Positions 20,117 to 29,162 of a stretch of 64,000 nucleotides of DNA are shown piece by piece. Made by a program: the position numbers and the translations under genes. Source of the DNA: a virus. The stretch covers positions 9,295 through 73,294 of IMG/VR virus record IMGVR_UViG_3300021090_000013; one strand, given 5' to 3'. Positions within the stretch are counted from its first letter, which is position 1; the number at the start of each line of letters is the position of its first letter. The notes below the pieces were generated by a model. The model ran no database searches, was not told the DNA's origin, and saw only the letters and a list, made by a program, of their open reading frames with translations.

Positions 20117-20493
20117 GGACCATGCGCCTTGAGCCGCCGACTGGAACCGGAACCTGCGGATACGAGGCGTACCGCGGCAGATTGTACATCGTGCTCGTGC
20201 GGAATGGCGAGCGGCTGACGTGCGAGATACCGCTAGGCGAGATGGCGAGCCTCTGCCAGCTCAGCGCGAAGGTGCTTGACGCAGCACGGGCCAGGTGGGA
20301 GGCGGCGAACCTCACGAAGCCTGAGCGCCGGGAGCGCTCGGCTGCGACCAAGGAGAAGGACAAGCTGCGCGACCGCGAGCACAAGCGGGCCAAGCGCCAC
20401 GGGGTGCGCGGCGCTCCGGTCGAGCCTCCCGAGGAGGCGGCTGTGCTGGTCACCGCAGCGCCAAAGCTTGCGCACCCGGAGGTCCGACCGTGA
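20113..20493 (+). CDS. hypothetical protein
   Basis: Coupled by ATGA/GTGA overlaps at both ends. Confidence 0.5.
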   Translation: MRTMRLEPPTGTGTCGYEAYRGRLYIVLVRNGERLTCEIPLGEMASLCQLSAKVLDAARARWEAANLTKPERRERSAATKEKDKLRDREHKRAKRHGVRGAPVEPPEEAAVLVTAAPKLAHPEVRP

Positions 20494-22238
20494 AGCGCCT
20501 GCAGATCGGCACCGACGGCTTCACGCTCGCCCAGGGCGTGGTGGAGGACGTCGTCGCCATCCTCGGTCGCCGCGGACGGGGAAAGACCACCACTGGCGTC
20601 GTCATCGTCGAGGAGCTGTACAAGGCGGGGGCCCGCTTCTGCGTGGCCGACCCCACCGACGTCTGGCACGGCCTCAAGAGCAGTCGCGACGGGAAGCGCC
20701 CAGGGATCCCCTGCGTCGTCATGGGGGGCGAGCGAGGCGACGTCCCGCTGTCTCCCGACGGGGGCGAGATCATCGCCGACTTCGTGGCCGACCCGACGAG
20801 CCCCTCCTGCGTCCTCGAGCTGAAGCAGTTCACCCAAGGCGAGCTCGTGCGGTTCATGACCGCCTTTCTGGCCAGGCTCTACCACAAGAACAGCTACCCT
20901 CTGCACCTGGTGCTCGACGAGGCCGACCAATTCGCCCCGCAGAGGCCGATGCCGGGCGAGCAGGCGATGCTCGGGGCCGCTCAGCGGGTGACGAAGATGG
21001 GCCGGTCCAAGGGCCTACACCCGCTCCTCATCACCCAGCGCCCGGCCACGCTCTCGAAGAACGTCCTCACGCAGGCGGGCCTGCTCGTGTCTCACGCCAT
21101 CACGGGCCCCCAGGACCGGAACGCCGTCGACGACTGGATCAAGGCCAACGCCGAAGAGGGCGAGCGGGAGCAGTTCCTGTCCTCCCTTCCCGGACTGCCC
21201 CGGGGAACGGCCTGGTTCTGGAGCCCGGACGTCCCGCTCTTCCGCCAGGTCGGGGTCCGAGACCGCGAGACCTTCGACTCCTCGGCCACACCGAAGCAGG
21301 GTGAGCGGATCCAGCCGAAGGCGCTGGCCGAGGTGGACCTCGAGGCCCTGAAGGTCCGCATCGCCGCCACCATCGAGAAGGCCAAGGCCGAGGACCCGCG
21401 AGAGCTTCGGAAGACCATCGCCGGGCTGGAAAGGGAGCTGCGGGCCAAACTTGACAAAAAGGCCGTATCGCCGATTCCCCCCTCCAAGCGCGTCGAGGTG
21501 CCGATCCTGAAGGACGCGCACGTGAAGCGCCTGGAGGCGGCCGTCGAGAAGCTCCTGGCCGAGATGGCAAACGTAGCAGTCCAAGTCGCTCATCGGCAGC
21601 AGGTTGTCGTCGCCGTCGCGGGAAATATAACCGACCAGATCAAGGCGGCCCTGGCCGCGACGACCGCGAAGATGGGCCCGGATCATTCACAAACTATTCA
21701 GACAGCTCCGCCACGTGCCCTTCGTAGAAACCCGACCTCAAATGAGGAGGCGAAACTACGAAGGCCTGCCGGAGACGCCCGCCTAGGCTCCGGCGAGCGG
21801 GCCATCCTCACGGCGATCGCCCAGCACGGCGACGACGGCGTCACCCGCGAGCAGCTCTCGATCCTCGCCGGCTACAAGCGCAGCTCCAGGGACACGTATC
21901 TCCAGAGGCTACGCGCTGGTGGGCTCGTCGAAGCGGTCGACGATCGGATCGTCGCGACTGACGCCGCGCGCTCGCAGCTCGGCCCCGACTTTGAACCACT
22001 CCCAACCGGTGAGGCGCTGCGCCGGCACTGGCTGGGACGGCTGCCCGAGGGTGAGCGCCGCATCTTCGAGATCGTCGTCAACGCTTACCCGCGGGCGGTG
22101 GAGCGGTTGGCGATCGACGAGGCGACCGGTTATCAGCGGTCGTCGCGTGACACCTACCTGCAGCGCCTGTCCGCGCGGCGCCTGGTCCGACCAGTTGGCC
22201 GCGGTGAGGTCATGGCGGCGGAGGGGCTCTTCGGATGA
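20490..22238 (+). CDS. HerA/FtsK-superfamily ATPase with two C-terminal winged-helix repeats
   Basis: Walker A GRRGRGKTT, Walker B LVLDEAD, ITQRPA; duplicated GER.I...GY(K/Q)RSSRDTYLQRL. Confidence 0.8.
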   Translation: MKRLQIGTDGFTLAQGVVEDVVAILGRRGRGKTTTGVVIVEELYKAGARFCVADPTDVWHGLKSSRDGKRPGIPCVVMGGERGDVPLSPDGGEIIADFVADPTSPSCVLELKQFTQGELVRFMTAFLARLYHKNSYPLHLVLDEADQFAPQRPMPGEQAMLGAAQRVTKMGRSKGLHPLLITQRPATLSKNVLTQAGLLVSHAITGPQDRNAVDDWIKANAEEGEREQFLSSLPGLPRGTAWFWSPDVPLFRQVGVRDRETFDSSATPKQGERIQPKALAEVDLEALKVRIAATIEKAKAEDPRELRKTIAGLERELRAKLDKKAVSPIPPSKRVEVPILKDAHVKRLEAAVEKLLAEMANVAVQVAHRQQVVVAVAGNITDQIKAALAATTAKMGPDHSQTIQTAPPRALRRNPTSNEEAKLRRPAGDARLGSGERAILTAIAQHGDDGVTREQLSILAGYKRSSRDTYLQRLRAGGLVEAVDDRIVATDAARSQLGPDFEPLPTGEALRRHWLGRLPEGERRIFEIVVNAYPRAVERLAIDEATGYQRSSRDTYLQRLSARRLVRPVGRGEVMAAEGLFG

Positions 22239-22513
22239 GCGACCCCCGCTACCACTCCGGTGTCATCCAGGGGATCGCCCTCAGCCGCCACCACGGCGTG
22301 TTCCCCGGGGAGATTCCAGGCCTCGGGGGGCGTCGAGGCGCGCAGCCGGGTGGGCTGTGCGCCTTTTGCCCTCGGGGGACGCACCCGCAGTTCTCATACA
22401 CCTGGGTGACGTACGGGGACCGCCATGTGTGCGGCCGCTGCGCTCGGAAACTCGCGAACGAAGGCGACCCCGAGGTCGAGCAGATGCTCGCGCGCGCGAA
22501 GGGAGCGGCATGA
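22235..22513 (+). CDS. small Zn-finger protein, paralog of 18162-18446
   Basis: Same motifs as 18162-18446. Confidence 0.65.
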   Translation: MSDPRYHSGVIQGIALSRHHGVFPGEIPGLGGRRGAQPGGLCAFCPRGTHPQFSYTWVTYGDRHVCGRCARKLANEGDPEVEQMLARAKGAA

Positions 22514-22536
22514 GGGCTCGCGTGCCCGGAGGAGTG

Positions 22537-23235
22537 GTGAGCGCGCGTCCGATCATCTTCGGGGCCGACTCAGTCCGCGCGATTTTTGCCTGCACCAAGA
22601 CGCAGACGCGGCGGATCGTGACGGACGCCACAAGTCAAGGCAACTGGAGGGCTTCCGATCTTGACCTGTCGCGCGCGTGGGTAGATGCCGGGCCTTCTCC
22701 GGCGGGTAATCCGGGCCCTTACCTACATGCTCCTCCCACGGCCAAAGCCCTGGAGCGGCGCGGGCATCCGGCCGATGACGCTGTGGTGGATCGCCTGTAC
22801 CCGCGATGGTTCCCAGGCGACCGGCTGTGGGTGCGCGAGGCCTTCCGCCAGAGCGATGGCAGCATGTCGGTCCACTACCGGGCCGACCTCGACGAGGTGA
22901 GCGGGGGACCGTGGCGACCCTCAATCCACATGCCGCGCTGGGCCTCACGCCTGACGCTTGAGATCACAGAGGTGCGCGCCCAACGACTCCAGGAGATCAC
23001 CGAGGAGGACGCGCGTGCGGAAGGGGCGCGCTACTACGCCGACATCCCCGCAGGCCCCTACGGGGACAGCGGCACGCGCTGGTCGATGCACGACGACCAT
23101 CCACCGAACACGGACCACTGCTTCAGCAACGCGCGCCTTGCCTTCGGCCGGGCCTGGAACGGGATCAACGTCAAGCGGGCGCCCTGGGCCAACAACCCTT
23201 GGGTCTGGGCCTTGACCTTCGAAAGGATGGCCTGA
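22537..23235 (+). CDS. ASCH/PUA-like phage protein
   Basis: RPIIF...KTQTRR, PGDRLWVREAF, WRPSIHMPRWASRLTLEI, NPWVW. Confidence 0.75.
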   Translation: MSARPIIFGADSVRAIFACTKTQTRRIVTDATSQGNWRASDLDLSRAWVDAGPSPAGNPGPYLHAPPTAKALERRGHPADDAVVDRLYPRWFPGDRLWVREAFRQSDGSMSVHYRADLDEVSGGPWRPSIHMPRWASRLTLEITEVRAQRLQEITEEDARAEGARYYADIPAGPYGDSGTRWSMHDDHPPNTDHCFSNARLAFGRAWNGINVKRAPWANNPWVWALTFERMA

Positions 23236-24116
23236 TGCGAGACGGGCAGTCCCCCCTGCACCTGTGGAGCCGATGGAGCCCGGCCGATTACCTGAACGAT
23301 GAGGTGGTACGGCTTTGCGCTGCGAGGGGCAACATGGTGGCCCTTGCCGTCTACTTCCATGTCCTCCAGGTGTCGCGCCAGGCGGGGGGGGATGTACCGG
23401 CAGACATAGAGGGGCTGTCCGCGGTGCTCGGCATGCCGCGCAAGCTCGTGGCCAGAGGGTTGGGTCTCTGGGTACAGGCAGGCAAGCTGCAAATCGAGGG
23501 CGGGCGCCTGTTCCATCCTCGCGTAAGGCGAGAAGTCGAACACGATCTAGCATTTAGAGAGGCTGCTAGAATCAGCGGTACTGCTGGTGGTCAACGGTCC
23601 GCTTCGATCATCAGGAAGGGTACCGTCAAGGGTACCGTCAAGGGTACCGTCAAGGCACCCTCAACCTATCCGGAGCCTTATCCAGATCCTGTTCCGGAGC
23701 CTGTTCCGGAAGTAGTGCTGGCGGCTGCAGAGGGGGAGTCTGAGGGGGAGACCCAACGGACGCCCGCCAGCCCGCCCAGCTCCTTGGATGAGCCAGGCAT
23801 TCCGGTCAGTTTGCCAAAAAGGCCAGACCAGCGATTCGTCCTCTGGATCGACCACGATCCCGAGGACCACGACCAAGCCGCCCTGGTGGCGAGGGTCCTG
23901 GAGCTGGAGGCGGTCGACGCCGAGATCGACGGAAGGCCCCCCAGCCGGGAGGGCGCCTTGAACATCCTGGCGGCCGTGAGCGGGACCAGGGGAGGGAAGT
24001 CCATCGACTGGAGCCTGCGCCAGGTGACGCGGGAGTGGCTGGTGGCGAGCCTCGCGACGTGCGAAACGCTCGCCGAGGAAAACGATCTGACAAGCGGCAC
24101 TGCCGCAGGAGGGTGA
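23235..24116 (+). CDS. putative replication initiator
   Basis: N-terminal W.WSPADYLND...YFHVL helical domain, internal tandem DNA repeats, position ahead of RuvC and the late region. Confidence 0.6.
   Translation: MRDGQSPLHLWSRWSPADYLNDEVVRLCAARGNMVALAVYFHVLQVSRQAGGDVPADIEGLSAVLGMPRKLVARGLGLWVQAGKLQIEGGRLFHPRVRREVEHDLAFREAARISGTAGGQRSASIIRKGTVKGTVKGTVKAPSTYPEPYPDPVPEPVPEVVLAAAEGESEGETQRTPASPPSSLDEPGIPVSLPKRPDQRFVLWIDHDPEDHDQAALVARVLELEAVDAEIDGRPPSREGALNILAAVSGTRGGKSIDWSLRQVTREWLVASLATCETLAEENDLTSGTAAGG
23616..23711. repeat. iteron-like tandem repeats, putative replication origin
   Basis: AAGGGTACCGTC x3 (23616-23651) plus a degenerate fourth copy, then ~4 copies of a CCT(T/G)(A/T)TCC(G/A)GA 12-mer. 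Confidence 0.65.
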
Positions 24117-24117
24117 G

Positions 24118-24516
24118 ATGGGAATGTTGCTGCCGGTGGAGTTGACGCAGGACGAGTTACTCGCGCGCGGTCGGGAGCTGGCCAGCGTGAAGGACGAGCA
24201 CACCCAGGCCCAGGCCGACCTCGAGGCGGCTACCGAGGGTTGGAAGGACTCGAAGAAGGCGATGCAGGAGCGCATCGAGGACCACGAGTCGGAGATGCGG
24301 CGCATAGCGCGTGCGATCCGATCCGGACGCGAGGACCGGGACGTCGATGTGCGAGAAGAGCCCGACTTCGAGACTGGCATCATGCGCACGGTCCGTGCTG
24401 ACACCGGCGATCTGGTGCAGAGCCGAGGGCTCACCGAGGCAGAGCGTCAGCGGTCCCTCTTCGCAGCTCCGGAACGCGCTGCCGCAGCCGAGGCGGCCGG
24501 TCAAGTCCGCGCCTGA
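24118..24516 (+). CDS. hypothetical phage protein
   Basis: GGAGG RBS; LPVELTQDEL...RADTGDLVQSR. Confidence 0.6.
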   Translation: MGMLLPVELTQDELLARGRELASVKDEHTQAQADLEAATEGWKDSKKAMQERIEDHESEMRRIARAIRSGREDRDVDVREEPDFETGIMRTVRADTGDLVQSRGLTEAERQRSLFAAPERAAAAEAAGQVRA

Positions 24517-24547
24517 TAATCACCGCTAACGAATCGGAGGTGACGGC

Positions 24548-25075
24548 ATGATCTTCGTGGGAATTGACCCGGGCTTGAAAGGCGCGATCGCGTTCCTGGG
24601 GGATGGCGCGGAGCCAGCTTTGGTGTCCATGCCGGTGATCAAGCGGCTCCGCGGCCAGGGACGGGACCAGATCGACATGGTCGGCCTACGGGACTTGCTG
24701 CAGAGCTGGCTCCCGCTCCGCTTCGGCTGTTTCGTGACCGTCGAGCGCGGTCAGGCCCTGCCGCCCGGGATGGGTGGCGGGGTCGCCAACTTCGCTCGTG
24801 GCTACAACCGCGGGATCCTGGAGGGCCTACTGGTGGCTCTGCGCATCCCCTACCAGCTCGTGCCGCCGCAGGCCTGGCAGAAGGCCATGCACGGGGGATC
24901 TCCCGCCGGCGAGAAGAAGCAGCTCTCGATCCTGGTGGCCCAGCGGCTCTTCCCGGAAGTCAATCTCCAGCGCACACCGCGGTGCTCGACGCTCTCTGAC
25001 GGCCTCGCGGAGGCGTTGCTGCTGGCCGAGTACGGGCGCCGCACCCACCAGGGGGAGCATGCCCAGCGCGCCTGA
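24548..25075 (+). CDS. RuvC-like Holliday junction resolvase
   Basis: IFVGIDPGLKGA, VTVE, PQAWQK, DGLAEALLLAEY. Confidence 0.85.
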   Translation: MIFVGIDPGLKGAIAFLGDGAEPALVSMPVIKRLRGQGRDQIDMVGLRDLLQSWLPLRFGCFVTVERGQALPPGMGGGVANFARGYNRGILEGLLVALRIPYQLVPPQAWQKAMHGGSPAGEKKQLSILVAQRLFPEVNLQRTPRCSTLSDGLAEALLLAEYGRRTHQGEHAQRA

Positions 25076-25265
25076 CCACGACCTACTTTCCCGGCTGGAG
25101 GCACTCTACGGGCGGGCCTTCCTACGGCGCTTGGTCGTCTCCGGGGAGGAGGCGATGCGGGTAGCCGCGCGAGGTGGCGAGCCCCCGCCGGAGATCATCG
25201 CCCGGGTCAAGTTGCGCGATGGGCGGGCGGTCCTGGCCACGGTCGAGGCGTGGCGGCCGATCTAG
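25059..25265 (+). CDS. hypothetical protein
   Basis: GGAG RBS; last gene of the early operon. Confidence 0.4.
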   Translation: MPSAPDHDLLSRLEALYGRAFLRRLVVSGEEAMRVAARGGEPPPEIIARVKLRDGRAVLATVEAWRPI

Positions 25266-25270
25266 AACCC

Positions 25271-25406
25271 TTGACACGGTAGCGTACACTTGCCATAGAC
25301 GTACCCCCGGAGCAAGAGGGGTCGCTCAGGCCGGGTTCGGAGCCTCGGCCGTTCGTAGAGAGCCTCAAGATTCCATGTTCGGAGCCATGGAGCCTTGGGG
25401 CTTTTT
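25271..25406 (+). promoter_or_regulatory. putative late promoter with structured leader and intrinsic terminator
   Basis: TTGACA at 25271 (weak -10); hairpins 25303-25322, 25329-25350 and 25358-25405, the last ending in a T-tract, upstream of the endolysin. Confidence 0.55.
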
Positions 25407-25438
25407 CGTTAGGTGGAGGAAAGCGTGGAGCAGCTAGG

Positions 25439-25948
25439 TTGACGCCGGCCCACCAAACGCTGAGTCACGGCCTGTTCATCACCCGCGCTTTGGCCGCAGC
25501 TCGCCACGCGCTCGAGCTCGGCGCCCCTATCGTCCCAGCCATCGCCGCGGCACAGGCGGCACTTGAGAGCCGGTACGGGATGAGCCGGCTGGCCAAGGAA
25601 GCCAACAACCTCTTCGGCGTCAAGGCCGGCCGCCGCTGGCTACAGCCAGTGCTCGAGTTGCCGACGCGAGAGTGGCGCCTCGGGCGCTTCGTCACGGTTC
25701 TGGCGCGCTGGCGCAAGTACGCCTCGTGGGAGGAGTGCTTCGCGGATTACGGCGCGATCATCGGGCGGCTGTCGTGGTACGCCGATGCGGTCGCGGCCGC
25801 CAAACGTGGGGACGCGCGCGGGTTCCTGGCCGGCCTGTTGGCGCAGTCGCACGGTCCCGGGCCCGCCGATGATGAGCCTGGCTGGGCCAGCGATCCTGAG
25901 TACTCGGCCAAGGTGCTGGCGGTCGCGATGCAGTGGGGCCTGCTGTGA
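25439..25948 (+). CDS. endolysin, GH73/FlgJ-type glucosaminidase
   Basis: AQAALESRYG, NNLFGVKA, YASWEE, WASDPEY. Confidence 0.85.
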   Translation: MTPAHQTLSHGLFITRALAAARHALELGAPIVPAIAAAQAALESRYGMSRLAKEANNLFGVKAGRRWLQPVLELPTREWRLGRFVTVLARWRKYASWEECFADYGAIIGRLSWYADAVAAAKRGDARGFLAGLLAQSHGPGPADDEPGWASDPEYSAKVLAVAMQWGLL

Positions 25949-26218
25949 TGCTCCCCTGCGATTGGCTAGAGACGGGATTCACGCTGGCGGTCTTGGCCGG
26001 TATCGCCTGGGCTGTGTGGCGCATGTTCAAGGAGCGCTGATGGCCCGCGTCTACGGTGGGCTCCGGGGGGGCAAGCTGCCGCCCCCGGTCTCGATGGCCA
26101 GCACCCAACGACGCGCGAGCCGTCGCTGGCCCTCGACGGCGCGGCTGCTGGAGATGCTGGCAAGGCTCCAGGAAGGTCGTCCCGCGGGCGTCGTCCCGCA
26201 ATCGGAGGAGGCGTCGTT

Positions 26219-26728
26219 ATGAAAAAGTTGAATCTGACGGTTGCCGTTTCAGCGCTGCTCGCGTTCGGGCTGCTCGCTCTCGTGAGCCTCGGGTGCAACC
26301 CGACGCCAAACGACCCCAGTACGATCTACATCAGCAACGTCAACACCAACACCCAGGGAGGTCAGCCGTCGCCGCCCGCGGATGCCAGCGGCGCCCTGCC
26401 GGCCGGGTCCGTGGTCAAGATCGAGATCTTCGGGGCGAGCTGCCCGAGTGGCGCCAACCCGCGGCCGAACCCGGGAGAGCTGAAGCTGGGTTGCTCCCTC
26501 GCCGTGACCGCCACGCCCAAGGGGCCTGACGGCGCGAACCTACCCGCGAATGTACACGGCCCCAACTGCGCCTGGGCGGTCCCTGTCGGATCCACGTCCC
26601 TGCGCGTGGTCGAGGACGGCTCGCAGCCCTTCAACGCCACCGTTCTCGCCACCGCCATCGGCCAGGGCGTGGTATCCGCGGTGGTCAAGGGCACCACGGG
26701 GACGCTCCTGATCACCGTCGTGCCGTAG
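26219..26728 (+). CDS. lipoprotein with Ig-like C-terminal domain
   Basis: MKK-hydrophobic signal with lipobox SLGC; GGAGG RBS. Confidence 0.65.
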   Translation: MKKLNLTVAVSALLAFGLLALVSLGCNPTPNDPSTIYISNVNTNTQGGQPSPPADASGALPAGSVVKIEIFGASCPSGANPRPNPGELKLGCSLAVTATPKGPDGANLPANVHGPNCAWAVPVGSTSLRVVEDGSQPFNATVLATAIGQGVVSAVVKGTTGTLLITVVP

Positions 26729-26737
26729 GGGTTCGCC

Positions 26738-27628
26738 ATGCGCGCTCTCTGGCGTACCGCAAAGGCGCTCTTCCGTCGCCATCCGACGATCCACTACTGG
26801 CCGACAGGCGGCGCCTCGCTCCAGGTGGGAGACCAGCTCGTCCCGCTTGCCCGAGCCCCGGCCGGCTGGCGTGTAGCCGGCATCTTCGCCCTGATCCTGC
26901 TGCCCGCCCTCGCCCAGGCCCAGGTGCCGCTCCAGCCCGACTGGAGCAACCCCGGCCACGTCTACGGCCCCGTGGACGGCGTCGCCCCGCTGTGGTCTCA
27001 GGCGCCCGCGGCCGTCGAGCCTGAGCCGCCTCCGCCCAACCTGCGCCTCTCCATTCTCGGAGGAGGCCTCGCCTCGCTCAGCGCCGACGCCTCTGGAGTG
27101 GTGCCCTTCGCGCGCATCGGGGCCGAGGCGCGGCTGACCAAGACCGAGAGGGGCCCGTCCCTCCATGTGGTGGTGGACCTGACTGCCGAACCAGGAGACT
27201 CGGTAACCATCGAGGATCCGCAGACCTACAGGGGGATCGAGTTCTCGGCCGGGGTGAGCCAGCCACTTGGAGGCCCGCTGCTGTTCAGCACGTACGCCGA
27301 GATCGGCTTCGTCTCGCGGCTGCCCTCCGATCCGGCGCCGCGGGACCGCACTGCGAAGTGGGTCTCGGCGGGCCTGCTCTTCCAGACCAAGGGCCGCGAG
27401 CATCGCCTCGCGCTCGGGCTCGGCCGCGACCAGCGGCTCAACGGAAGCTGGGTTACTGCGGTCCAGGTGAGCGGCCAGGTGAAGCTGCGCGAGTCCAAGG
27501 GGATCTCGGTCTACCTCGTGGGCTCGGCCGTGCTGTCCCTCGAGGTTCCGCTACCGGCGGGGTCCACCTTCGCCGGCTACTCGCCGCCGCGCGACAGCGT
27601 GCGCTGCGGCATCGCCTTGGGGGTGTGA
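26738..27628 (+). CDS. hypothetical exported protein, possibly outer-membrane beta-rich
   Basis: Hydrophobic segment ending ALAQA, then alternating amphipathic beta strands. Confidence 0.45.
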   Translation: MRALWRTAKALFRRHPTIHYWPTGGASLQVGDQLVPLARAPAGWRVAGIFALILLPALAQAQVPLQPDWSNPGHVYGPVDGVAPLWSQAPAAVEPEPPPPNLRLSILGGGLASLSADASGVVPFARIGAEARLTKTERGPSLHVVVDLTAEPGDSVTIEDPQTYRGIEFSAGVSQPLGGPLLFSTYAEIGFVSRLPSDPAPRDRTAKWVSAGLLFQTKGREHRLALGLGRDQRLNGSWVTAVQVSGQVKLRESKGISVYLVGSAVLSLEVPLPAGSTFAGYSPPRDSVRCGIALGV

Positions 27629-27629
27629 C

Positions 27630-28121
27630 ATGAAAGGCAAGCTCATCGAGTGCGCCATCCGTTGGCTGGCTGGCGGGATCATGCGCGAGGTCGCGGACGG
27701 TCGACGGGGGCCGAGGGCCTTGGCCGCCTACCAGTTCATGTTGGGCAAGAAGACCGCAACGGGGTGGATCCTTGCCGTGGTACTGGCCGCCACCGCGGCG
27801 TTCGACCCCCAGCTCGCCCTGAAGATCGCCCCCGTCCTTGCCACGGCATCGGGGCTATTCATGGCCTGGGGCTTCCTGGACCGCGACTGGCGCACCAGTG
27901 AGCCGCCCGCCTGGGTCGGAGAGGGCTTCCACACCCTGGTGAGCCTAGGCCCCGTCCTGGCGCTCATCACCGACCTTCTCGTCCGCTACCTGTCCGGCGC
28001 TGGCTGCGCTGGCTGTGGGGAGTGGGCCCATCGCATAGACCTGGCCGCGGGCTCGGTGGCCATGGCAACGGCGTGGCTCGCGACCCGCTTGGCGCGGCCG
28101 CCGCTCCAGCTCGAACCCTGA
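27630..28121 (+). CDS. holin-like membrane protein
   Basis: Several hydrophobic helices, GKKT motif, lysis region. Confidence 0.45.
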   Translation: MKGKLIECAIRWLAGGIMREVADGRRGPRALAAYQFMLGKKTATGWILAVVLAATAAFDPQLALKIAPVLATASGLFMAWGFLDRDWRTSEPPAWVGEGFHTLVSLGPVLALITDLLVRYLSGAGCAGCGEWAHRIDLAAGSVAMATAWLATRLARPPLQLEP

Positions 28122-28148
28122 ACGGGGAGACGCGAGAAGGAAACACCC

Positions 28149-28541
28149 ATGTCCTTTGAATTTGGGGCGCTGCTTCAGGGCTGCATTGCCATGCTGTCGA
28201 TAGGAATCGCCTGGGGGCTGCTCAAAGGCAAGGTGGAAAAGCTCGGAGACAAGATCGAGACCGGCCACGCCGACGCGCTGCGCGTGGCGAGCGAGGCGGG
28301 TCGCTCTTCGCTGCGGTCTCACACTCGGCTCGACGATCATTCGGGCCGGCTGACCAAGATCGAAACCGGCTGCATCTTCCACGAACGGCGGCTCGACGAG
28401 AGCATAGGCTTTGTGCGCAGCGAAGTGTCGGGCCTACGCGAAGCGCTGGACAAGCATGTGGATGCGATGGGCGAACGCCTCGACGCCCTCGCCGACAAGA
28501 TCGATGCCCTGCGAGCCGGACAAAGGGGTGTGGCGCCATGA
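28149..28541 (+). CDS. membrane-anchored coiled-coil protein
   Basis: N-terminal TM (IAWGLLKGKV) followed by heptad repeats. Confidence 0.5.
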   Translation: MSFEFGALLQGCIAMLSIGIAWGLLKGKVEKLGDKIETGHADALRVASEAGRSSLRSHTRLDDHSGRLTKIETGCIFHERRLDESIGFVRSEVSGLREALDKHVDAMGERLDALADKIDALRAGQRGVAP

Positions 28542-29161
28542 CAGCCAAGCTCGTAGGCGGAGGCTCGGCCGCGCTGATGCCGGTGTACTTCGTCGGGCGC
28601 ACCGGTAGGCGATGGTGGCGTGACGGCTCCGCCATCGTGTCCGACTTACGAGAGGTGATCAAGGAGGTCAAGCCCAACAAGGGCGCGAGCCTGCGCGACG
28701 CCGTGGACCGAGTAGAGCGCCTGGTGGCGGAGAGCGCCCTACTCGGTAGCCAGCGCTGGAGGGCGATCAACGACCAGGCCACCCTCGGCTACGCAGAGAG
28801 CGATCAGGAGGGCGGGATCGTCTGGGCAAATCGCACGTTGCGGGACATGATCGGTCGCGACGCGCAGGACATGAGCGGCTGTGGCTGGCTCAACGCGGTG
28901 ACGTCCTCGATGCGCGACTGGGTGCGCGACTCCTGGGCAGAAGCCATCACCGAGGCCAGGGACTACGAGGAGAGCGTAGTCTTCGAGCGCCACGATGGTA
29001 CGCGCGTCTGCTGCAAGGTCAAGGCCGCGCGCACCACGCGCCTCGATGGCTCGCTCAGCGGGCACGTCCTCACCGTGGCGCTATGCGCAGAGATGATCGC
29101 GGGGAAGCCGTGCGGGGAGTGCTACACCGCGCACCGGTTCGGGATCCCGTCAGAGCTATAG
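28538..29161 (+). CDS. PAS domain protein
   Basis: GIVWANRTLRDMIGR...GWLNAV...W...FERHDG pattern of a PAS fold. Confidence 0.65.
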   Translation: MTAKLVGGGSAALMPVYFVGRTGRRWWRDGSAIVSDLREVIKEVKPNKGASLRDAVDRVERLVAESALLGSQRWRAINDQATLGYAESDQEGGIVWANRTLRDMIGRDAQDMSGCGWLNAVTSSMRDWVRDSWAEAITEARDYEESVVFERHDGTRVCCKVKAARTTRLDGSLSGHVLTVALCAEMIAGKPCGECYTAHRFGIPSEL

Positions 29162-29162
29162 A

